Of a stretch of DNA of 15,935 bases, positions 8,528 through 15,935 are shown piece by piece. The translations under genes and the position numbers were made by a program. This DNA is from Calditrichia bacterium (GTDB lineage Bacteria; Calditrichota; Calditrichia; RBG-13-44-9): NCBI GenBank assembly GCA_037381445.1, contig JARRQT010000071.1, positions 13,538 through 29,472 of the forward strand, in the 5' to 3' direction. Numbering within the stretch: position 1 is the first letter of the stretch; each line of letters begins with the position of its first letter. Below the pieces are notes generated by a model, which worked only from the letters and a program-made list of their open reading frames with translations, did no database searches and was not told the origin of the DNA.

Positions 8528-9484
8528 CTAAAACTCAATCAGCACCTTGAGCGATTCCGGAAGCCGGGCTATTTTGAATGCCTTCTTCCACTCAGAAACT
8601 GGCAGCACTGCGCTGATGATCTCCGAGGGATCAATAATATTCTTTCTCAGCAGATGCAGAGAATCCGAAAAAGAGCCGCCGCGGGAGCCGATGACCGTAA
8701 TCTCATTCACAACCAGGTTGGCGGGATTACATTTGTGCTCCCCGCTGTAGGTGCTCTTCAGCACCAGAAATCCGCGCGGACGGACCATCTTCATGGCCAA
8801 CTGCCACCCTTCCCAGGAACCGGCCGCATCGACCACCACATGAAAGGATTTCTCCTCGGCATCAAATTCCGACAACAGTCTGGTCGGGATATTCAATTCT
8901 TCCAGAATCGCCAGCTTCTCAGGATGCTTTCCCACCACCAGAAGATTCTCCGTCTGGAACTGCAATACCCTGGCAACCAGTTGTCCCAGCTTGCCGTCGC
9001 CGACCACCAAAACGCGGTAGTCATTCAGGATTTGCAGTTGCTGGGTGATTTCATAGGCCGCAGCCAGCGGTTCCGCGAAGACGGCGGCAATATCGGGTAC
9101 ATCAGACGGGACAATATGCAGATTTCGGGTAGGCAGTGTCAGATATTCTGCCAGCGACCCGTCTTTATCCTGAATACCCAGAACGGTACGGTTGGGGCAA
9201 TGCCGTCCGAGTCCCTGAGCGCAAAATTCGCACTCCCCGCAGGAAACATGGATATCCCCAACCACATGCTTCCCCAGCAGGCCGGGACTATTGGTTTTCT
9301 CCACAACTCCCACAAATTCATGTCCAATGGTGCCTCTGAAATCCATGTAACCATTCATCACTTCCAGGTCAGTGTTGCAGATGCCGGCGTACAAAACCTT
9401 CACCAGCGAGTCACCGTTTACCGTTTCCGGAATATCTTTTTCAACCAGCTGCAGCTTTTTTCCGTCGAAATGCAGCGCTTTCAT
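8528..9484 (-). CDS. Zinc-dependent alcohol dehydrogenase (MDR family)
   Basis: GICNTD, GHEFVG, structural Zn site CGECEFC-x7-C, EPLAAA, NAD-binding GDGKLG. GAGG RBS upstream. Confidence 0.93.
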   Translation of the reverse strand: MKALHFDGKKLQLVEKDIPETVNGDSLVKVLYAGICNTDLEVMNGYMDFRGTIGHEFVGVVEKTNSPGLLGKHVVGDIHVSCGECEFCAQGLGRHCPNRTVLGIQDKDGSLAEYLTLPTRNLHIVPSDVPDIAAVFAEPLAAAYEITQQLQILNDYRVLVVGDGKLGQLVARVLQFQTENLLVVGKHPEKLAILEELNIPTRLLSEFDAEEKSFHVVVDAAGSWEGWQLAMKMVRPRGFLVLKSTYSGEHKCNPANLVVNEITVIGSRGGSFSDSLHLLRKNIIDPSEIISAVLPVSEWKKAFKIARLPESLKVLIEF

Positions 9485-9575
9485 GTAAGCCTCTTCCGTA
9501 AATAAAAGAAAATATAGTCATACAAAGTTGATTAACTAAAATGGAAATTAATTTAAATGATTATTGCCTTTGCTC

Positions 9576-11450
9576 CTAAGAAAATAAGGCTAAATAATTG
9601 TTGTTACTAGTTATAAGGCTCCTTATATTGAAATCTGATTCCCTGGCCCGATAAATATCCATAAACTTCTGCGGATTCAGGTCGAACAGCGGAAACCAGG
9701 AGCTCTGCACCTGAACCATGATCCGGTGCCCTTTCCGGAAAGAATGACAGACATCATTCATGGTAAATTCCACCCTGGTGATCTTTCCCGGCGAAAAGGC
9801 CTGCGGTTTTTCATAGCTGTTCCGGAATTTCCCCCGCATAATGTCGCCCCGTAGCAGCATCTGGTATCCGCCCGGCTTGTTGTTGCATGCAGCTTCGATT
9901 TCACCGGTGGCGGTATCGGGATAGACATCAATCAATTTTACGATCCAGTCGGCATCGGTGCCGGTAGTGGAAACATACAGGTCAGCCGTAACGGGCCCCG
10001 CAATTGTGAGATCCAGCGGCAGAACGTCCGTTTGGTAGACGAGCACATCCGGCCGGCGGGAGGCGAAACGCTGATCTTCTACCATGTATTCTTTGGGCAT
10101 GCGGGTGCTGATTTGGGTTGTGAAAGGGACCGGCGCCGCGGGGTTGCTGACATATTCATCGAAGGCCTTTGCGTCCGCTGCGACGGGAGGAGCGTCAAAT
10201 GAAATAGCGCCATCCGGAGCGAAATATAGATGCTTCTCACCCGAATCAGCAGGCGGCCATTGGTCGAATTTCTTCCATTGATTGGAACCTGTTTCAAAGA
10301 CAAAGGCCTCCGGCAGATTCAACTCGCCTTTGTCTTTCAGAAAATAGCGGAAGAAAGGCAGTTCCATATTTTTCACATAGAATTCGCCGGTTTTGCTGCC
10401 GAAATTGATATCTCCCAGCCGCTCACCGTCCGACCGCACCCATCCGCCGTGATACCAGGGTCCCATGATCAGTATGTTGAAAATCCCCGGATTGTTCGCT
10501 TCAATGGCTTGATAGGTGCGCAGCGCCCCGTAGCAATCCTCCGCATCGAACCAGCCGCCCACCGTCATCACTGCCGGCTTGATATGATGAAAATACTGCA
10601 GTGTATTGCGGACCTGCCAGAATTTATCGTATGTGCCGTGTTTCATAAGATCATTCCAGAAAGGGATTTTCCCCTTCAGATATTTTTTGTTGGCATTGGG
10701 CAGCGGGCCCATATCCAGATAGAACCGGTATCCGTCGGGAGTGCCAAAATCAAAACGCGGCGGCCAATGGGTGGTCAGATGTTCGCGGGGCACACCGAAG
10801 GCCGTGAAAAAACCGAAAGCCAGCGGCAGATTGAAAGCGCCGTTGTGGTGAAAATCATCACCCACAAACCAGTTCGCGATGGGCGCCTGGGGACAGACTG
10901 CCTTCAGCGCCGGGTGGGCGTCGATGGTGCCCATGGCTGCATAAAATCCGGGATAGGAAATTCCCCACATTCCAACGCGTCCGTTATTGCGGGGAATATT
11001 CTTTACCAGCCAGTCGATGGTATCATAGGTATCGCTGCTCTCATCAATATCCTTGTTCGATTTTTTGTGAGGATTGTAGGGCCGCATGTTCACATAATCG
11101 CCTTCGGACATGAATCTTCCCCGCACATCTTGAAATACAAAAATAAATCCCTCTTCTGCCAAATGAAGCCAGGGACCGATATTTTCGGGAAACCGGTCAT
11201 TTCCGTAAGGAGCAACCGAATAGGGGGTGCGCTCCAGCATGATCGGGAAATCCTGACTGGTATCCTTTGGCGTGAAGACAGCGGTAAACAGTGTGATGCC
11301 GTCCCGCATGGGAATCCGGTATTCGTGCTTGTTATAGTGCCGCTGCAGGTAGCCGCTTTCCCGGGCGGGAAGCAGGCCGGCAGGGAACAGGCACAAAATG
11401 AGAAACAGGTAGAGATGGCGAGATCGCCGCCTCGGCCTCCGAGCGGATAT
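9576..11450 (-). CDS. CocE/NonD family serine hydrolase (alpha-amino acid ester hydrolase-like), secreted; start uncertain, C-terminus apparently truncated, possible pseudogene
   Basis: IPMRDG, RTPY, QDVRGRFMSEG, nucleophile GISYPG, GWFDAED, GPWYHG and FRKGHRIMVQVQSSWFP. In-frame signal peptide RRPRRRSRHLYLFLILCLFPAGLLPA extends upstream of the track's TTG (11396). Start placed tentatively at ATA 11450. Confidence 0.85.
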   Translation of the reverse strand: MSARRPRRRSRHLYLFLILCLFPAGLLPARESGYLQRHYNKHEYRIPMRDGITLFTAVFTPKDTSQDFPIMLERTPYSVAPYGNDRFPENIGPWLHLAEEGFIFVFQDVRGRFMSEGDYVNMRPYNPHKKSNKDIDESSDTYDTIDWLVKNIPRNNGRVGMWGISYPGFYAAMGTIDAHPALKAVCPQAPIANWFVGDDFHHNGAFNLPLAFGFFTAFGVPREHLTTHWPPRFDFGTPDGYRFYLDMGPLPNANKKYLKGKIPFWNDLMKHGTYDKFWQVRNTLQYFHHIKPAVMTVGGWFDAEDCYGALRTYQAIEANNPGIFNILIMGPWYHGGWVRSDGERLGDINFGSKTGEFYVKNMELPFFRYFLKDKGELNLPEAFVFETGSNQWKKFDQWPPADSGEKHLYFAPDGAISFDAPPVAADAKAFDEYVSNPAAPVPFTTQISTRMPKEYMVEDQRFASRRPDVLVYQTDVLPLDLTIAGPVTADLYVSTTGTDADWIVKLIDVYPDTATGEIEAACNNKPGGYQMLLRGDIMRGKFRNSYEKPQAFSPGKITRVEFTMNDVCHSFRKGHRIMVQVQSSWFPLFDLNPQKFMDIYRARESDFNIRSLITSNNNYLALFS

Positions 11451-11514
11451 CGATCGTGCCGCCCGGCAAAACCTCTTGGCCCGGCAGGATCGGTTATGCC
11501 GTTTCTGTTTGAAA

Positions 11515-12654
11515 TCAGTGTATTTCTTCCACGGTTTCCCGGTAAATGATGTCCCGTTCCTTCAGCCCTTTGAGAATGAAATCCACGCATTCCGGCTGCT
11601 GACCGATAAATTCGGGCGCGGAAACACCTTTCTTTTTATACAGTCCTTCGGCAATCATTCTGACCGCCATGGTGGCCGTGTATCCCGTGGTGCGCGACAT
11701 GGACGGCGTTTTGGTTTCCGGATTGTAACGGTCGAACAGATTATAGGTGTAGCGCATATGTTTGCCGTCCCTCTTTCCCTCAACCTGGACTTTCATCACC
11801 GTGATGTCTTCCTCGCCCTCCTTTTGCTCCCACATGGGGAAAAGCAGTTTCGCGGTGAAATCCAGCGGGCGAATTTTGCTGCCGCCGATTTCTATGGGTT
11901 CCTGGCTGAAAAAGCCGGTTTCCCGCAGGACGGCAATTTTTTCGATATGCCCCGGGTAACGCAGGGTTTTCTCCTTCATGTCCGGTGCATCGATGGTCTG
12001 GATAAGGGTGCGCAGTCCGTCGGTATTGAATGCTTCCAGGGTGCCGATCCCCGGAAAATTCAGGAATTCGGGATCGGAGAGCGCGGGACGGGTTACCAGA
12101 CAGCCGTTCTCTACATAGCGCGCCGGACGGGTGTATTCCTCAATGACATCCACGGGTGAAAAAACCGCCTTGTACTCATAGGGCCATTCCCGGATTGAGG
12201 GCAGTCCGCCCACATAAATGACCGCTTTTTCCGTTTTGTCCAGCAGGTGATCCACATATCCGATCAGAATATTGCTCATTCCCGGCGCCACGCCGCAATC
12301 CATGATGGCAGTAACCCCGCGCTCCACGGCCAGTTTGTTTAATTGAAAAGGATCTTCCGGAAAAAAGGCGATATCAACAATATCCTTGCCCGCTTCAATC
12401 ACCGCCCGGAATGTCTCGTATCCCATAAAACCGGGCACCGCGTTCACCACCAGATCGTAACCGGAAACGAGTTTTTCAATATTTTCCGATTCGGACAAGT
12501 CGCTTTGAATGGTGTGAAATGGCAGTGTCTTCGTCAGTTTTTCCAGATTTTTCTTACTGATATCGGCGACCGAGACCTGAAACTGTTTGTCTCTGGCCAG
12601 GTCGATTGCCATGGCGCTTCCGACCCTCCCGCTTCCCAGAACGATAATTTTCAC
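11515..12654 (-). CDS. Saccharopine dehydrogenase family / L-lysine 6-dehydrogenase-like NAD-dependent oxidoreductase
   Basis: Rossmann motif IIVLGSGRVG; NAVPGFMG, DCGVAPG, YVGGLP, EAFNTDGL, KTLRYPGH and MSRTTGY. GTG start at 12654 with AAGGGG RBS. Confidence 0.9.
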   Translation of the reverse strand: MKIIVLGSGRVGSAMAIDLARDKQFQVSVADISKKNLEKLTKTLPFHTIQSDLSESENIEKLVSGYDLVVNAVPGFMGYETFRAVIEAGKDIVDIAFFPEDPFQLNKLAVERGVTAIMDCGVAPGMSNILIGYVDHLLDKTEKAVIYVGGLPSIREWPYEYKAVFSPVDVIEEYTRPARYVENGCLVTRPALSDPEFLNFPGIGTLEAFNTDGLRTLIQTIDAPDMKEKTLRYPGHIEKIAVLRETGFFSQEPIEIGGSKIRPLDFTAKLLFPMWEQKEGEEDITVMKVQVEGKRDGKHMRYTYNLFDRYNPETKTPSMSRTTGYTATMAVRMIAEGLYKKKGVSAPEFIGQQPECVDFILKGLKERDIIYRETVEEIH

Positions 12655-12909
12655 TTTGGCACCCCTTTCTTTTGCGTTCCGAATAATTTTAAAGATGCAA
12701 CAGCATCCAAACATTTTCAACTTAAAAATTTGTTTTTTATTATTGTCACCCGAATGGCAGGCTGGGATTACCGTCATTGGCAGAAAGCATATAATGTCGC
12801 TTTATGGTGATTTGATTCCCTCCTCTGCCGGACTGCAGGAAAAAAAGGGAGATTTGCCGGGCGGATTGCGTTAGATATGCACATCCGGATTCTGAAAGGA
12901 AAAGTCAAA

Positions 12910-13197
12910 ATGATCATACTATACCGCGGCACCGATTATCCATCATGCGCGGAGATCGTATCCCGGCTTGAAGAATTGGTTGTGGCGCACAAAATCGTCA
13001 TTTTCGATAAAGATAAACCGGTTGACGCGCCAATTGGAGAGAACACCCGGCTCCCTGCCCTGCTGGACGGGGAGAAAATCTTTTCCGGAAAAGAGTCTAT
13101 TCTGGAGCATCTGGAAGAGCTGGAAAAATTCAAGGCCGAGTGGGACAAGTTTCAGAGCGACTCCTGTTATTGCGACGATGAAGGAGATATTGAATAA
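12910..13197 (+). CDS. Small glutaredoxin/GST-N-like (thioredoxin fold) protein
   Basis: MIILYR..YPSC..I...LEEL followed by LPALLDGEKIFSG (cis-Pro/DG segment of Grx/GST-N); C-terminal WDKFQSDSCYCDDEG. AAGGA RBS before ATG 12910. Confidence 0.65.
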   Translation: MIILYRGTDYPSCAEIVSRLEELVVAHKIVIFDKDKPVDAPIGENTRLPALLDGEKIFSGKESILEHLEELEKFKAEWDKFQSDSCYCDDEGDIE

Positions 13198-13231
13198 TCC
13201 CCCATTCAGGCGGTCTGTTGCTGTGCGCGAA

Positions 13232-14584
13232 CTAAATTTTATAATCGTCTTTGTGCAGGCCGTGTTTGTTCATCCGGTATTGCAGGGTTTTATAGGTAAT
13301 CCCCAGAATTTCTGCCGCCTTTTTGATGGAGCCCCGGCTGGATTTTAACGCATCCGTCAGCATTTTCAATTCCAGGTCAGGCAGGGTGGCTTTTCCCCCG
13401 GCGGGCTGCGGTGTCCGGATTGTTCGTTCCGGCAGCATCAGCAGATCCGGCGATATGAGTTCCTTATCTGTCATGATCAATGTCTTCTCGATGATATTTT
13501 CCAGTTCCCGCACATTACCCGGATAATCATAATTCTCCAGACAATGCAGGGCCTCCGGGGATAACCGAATGGAAGACTTGCCGTATCTGGTGCAGAATTT
13601 CCGCAGAAAATGCCGGGCCAGGAGCGGGATGTCCTCCCGCCGATCGCGAAGCGGCGGAATTCTCAGGCTGAAAACATTGAGACGGTGATAGAGGTCCAAC
13701 CGGAACTGGTTATTTTCTATCCTGTCATTCAGATCCTCATTGGTGGCCGCGATCACCCGCACATCGAGTTCCAGTGAACCGGTTCCGCCAACCCGTTCCA
13801 CCTTTTTCTCCTGCAGCACGCGCAGCAGCCGCACCTGCAGGGAAAGCGGCATGGCACCGATTTCATCCAGAAAAATGGTCCCGGTATGGGCCTGTTCAAA
13901 TTTGCCCGGATGGGATTTTGAGGCGCCCGTAAACGCCCCCTTTTCGTGACCGAACAGTTCACTCTCAATCAGATTTTCAGGAATTGCCCCGCAATTGATC
14001 GCCACAAACGGGCCGTCTTTCCGAATGCTACCGTAATGGATCGCCCTGGCCACCAGTTCTTTGCCGGTCCCGCTTTCTCCGCTGATCAGCACCGTGGCGT
14101 CAATGTCTTTAATACGTTCGATCAGACGGAAAATCTGTTGCATTTCCCTGCTGGCACCCAGGATATTCTGATAGCTGTAGCGCTGGGAGATTTCATTTTT
14201 CAGCCGGCGGTTTTCTTCCAGCAGGCGGGCTTTCTCCGCGGCCCTCCCGATGACCCGCAGCAGTTCCTCTTTCTGAAACGGCTTGGTCAGATAATCGTAG
14301 GCACCGTTCTTAATGGCATTTACCGCGCCGGGAATGGTGCCGAAAGCAGTCATCATCACCACCTGTATATCGGGATTGAAGGCCAGCGCCTCCTTTAGAA
14401 CTTCCTGGCCGTTTTTGCCGGGCATTTTCAAATCCGTCAGCACCAGATAATAGTCGCCGCCAAAAATCTGTTCCAATCCTTTTTCCCCGCTTTCGGCGAC
14501 GCCTACCTCAAATCCGGCATCGGACAGGATGTCCGCCAGAATTTCCCGCTGAGATTTTTCATCATCGATGATCAGAATTTTCAT
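13232..14584 (-). CDS. Sigma54-dependent NtrC/AtoC/ZraR-type response regulator (REC-AAA+-Fis HTH)
   Basis: REC (LIIDDE, TDLKMP, KPF), Walker A GESGTGKE, GAFTGA, Walker B FLDEIG, PGNVREL, C-terminal HTH AAEILGITYKTLQYRM. Confidence 0.96.
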   Translation of the reverse strand: MKILIIDDEKSQREILADILSDAGFEVGVAESGEKGLEQIFGGDYYLVLTDLKMPGKNGQEVLKEALAFNPDIQVVMMTAFGTIPGAVNAIKNGAYDYLTKPFQKEELLRVIGRAAEKARLLEENRRLKNEISQRYSYQNILGASREMQQIFRLIERIKDIDATVLISGESGTGKELVARAIHYGSIRKDGPFVAINCGAIPENLIESELFGHEKGAFTGASKSHPGKFEQAHTGTIFLDEIGAMPLSLQVRLLRVLQEKKVERVGGTGSLELDVRVIAATNEDLNDRIENNQFRLDLYHRLNVFSLRIPPLRDRREDIPLLARHFLRKFCTRYGKSSIRLSPEALHCLENYDYPGNVRELENIIEKTLIMTDKELISPDLLMLPERTIRTPQPAGGKATLPDLELKMLTDALKSSRGSIKKAAEILGITYKTLQYRMNKHGLHKDDYKI

Positions 14585-14707
14585 ATTTCAGATTTCACTT
14601 CACTGTTGTGCTTCGAAAAAAACTGCTTCTAAAAATTAGCCCTCCCCTTCTTCTCCTCAAAGCGAAAATAAGAAACGGATCATTTTCCTTCCTGGTCCGA
14701 AAACGAT

Positions 14708-15935
14708 TTACAGCGCAATCTCCACTACTGTTCCCTTTCCCGTTTCACTCTTGATAGAAATGTCTCCGCCATGTTCTTTTACAATTTTATAGGCAGTGGG
14801 AAGCCCGAGTCCGGTACCGGCGGATTTTGTGGTATAGAACAGATCGAAAATATTTTCCAGGTTCTTTTCCGGAATCCCTTCGCCGGTATCGGAAATACGA
14901 ATCAGTTTCCGCTGACCATCGGTGGTGATGTTCAGTTTTCCCCCATCCGGCATGGCCTGGATCGCATTCAGCACCACATTCAGCAAAACCGTTTTAAAAC
15001 GTTCGGGGTCCACCGACAGAACAAACGGCTCCTGAAATTCCGTTTCCACTTCGATTCCCTGCACAGCGCATTCCCGGTTGTATAGCTGCAAAACGCCGGA
15101 AATCAAATTATTCAAATCAACATCTTCCTTCTGCAGGTTTTCGCTGCGCAGAAAATTCAGAAAATTGTTCACAATCTTATCCAGACGCCGTATTTCGATT
15201 AAAAGACCGGGTCAGGTCCCCGATTTCATCGCGGGTCTGGTCGGGAACACGAATATCGAGATTCCCGTTTACCACCCTTTCAAATGAATTCTTCAACTGC
15301 CCGATGGGCTGCACAAAACGCCGGGAAATCAGCAGAATTGCTCCCATCGACAAAAGAAAAATTGCCAGCGTGATGAGGAGATTGCGGTTCCGGATATCGA
15401 TGAGCGTTTTTTTCATGGCTGCGGTATTATAGGAATATTGCAGAATTCGCGGCACCTGGGGGACGGAAAAATCAGGCACGCGAAAGGTGAAGGTGTGGCC
15501 GTTGCTTCCCGGGGCCTGCGGATGGGTCACCACCCGGAAGACGGAAGCGGAATCCCTGTCTCCCAGTGCATTCAGGTTAATATCGATGGTCTGGAATAAA
15601 ACGGAATCCCTGGCGGTCTGTTCCGCCTCCAGAAGATCAGTTTTAGCCTGACTTTTTGACATATCAAATTCACGTTTCTTTTCGGATTTCAGCAGTTCAG
15701 CGACCCTATGCTGATTTTTTCTGACTGTCCGCCAGATCAGATCTTGCCGGACGGCATCCGCCACTTTATCTTTGAGTTTGCTTTCTTCCCACGCCTTATC
15801 AATCGCACTTCGGATCTTTTTGCGGATGGCCGGTGCCGAATCGGGTAGAAATTTATGTTCAAGAATTTTCAGATCTTCAAGTCCTTTCAATTGATCGTCC
15901 AGACGGCTCAGCAGACTATCCGAAATCCCATGAAA
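14708..15935 (-). pseudogene. Membrane sensor histidine kinase (5' end outside the window), broken near 15197 by a frameshifting deletion that removes the HisKA H-box
   Basis: The upstream frame is open to the window end: extracytoplasmic region, TM NLLITLAIFLLSMGAILLIS, HAMP ...DEIGDLTRSFN. A second frame continues EIRRLDKIVNNFLNF, then HATPase boxes NAIQAM, DTGEGI, FYTTK and GTGLGL. No H-E-x-x-N-P motif between them. Confidence 0.85.

Noticed and set aside
12655..12777. Cys-rich N-terminal extension of the dehydrogenase given by the ORF track
   Set aside because: AT-rich and unlike coding sequence; the GTG at 12654 has a good RBS and directly begins the Rossmann fold.
10230..12810. Plus-strand ORFs 10230-11549, 11476-12159 and 12343-12810
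   Set aside because: Antisense shadows of the CocE and dehydrogenase genes.
12655..12909. TGGCAC/TGGCAG hexamers as sigma54 promoters, and TATAAT at 12790-12795
   Set aside because: None has the required GG-N10-GC spacing; the -35 for the TATAAT is weak.
15190..15206. Programmed ribosomal frameshift at TTTTAAT in the kinase
   Set aside because: A frameshift would not restore the missing H-box, so deletion fits better.

Overview
Bacterial chromosomal window (moderate GC; gene style resembles Calditrichota or FCB-group bacteria, which is inference only). Most genes lie on the minus strand. In coordinate order: a decayed IS200/RAYT-like Y1 (HUH) transposase on + with two in-frame TAA stops, flanked by seven divergently oriented copies of a 9-bp motif; a split 5'-nucleotidase pair (Tat-exported catalytic half and lipoprotein C-terminal half); a METTL21-like SAM methyltransferase, GH57 glycoside hydrolase and Wzx-type flippase; a PhnP-like MBL hydrolase; a Zn-dependent alcohol dehydrogenase; a CocE/NonD hydrolase with no ATG and an apparently replaced C-terminus; a saccharopine/lysine 6-dehydrogenase; a small glutaredoxin-like protein on + with YxxC instead of CxxC; and an NtrC-type sigma54 regulator whose sensor kinase has an internal deletion removing the H-box. 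No rRNA, tRNA or CRISPR array was seen. The most unusual signals are the repeat architecture around the transposase, a related hairpin at the CocE truncation junction, the kinase deletion and a hairpin-rich 2524-2817 intergenic region.
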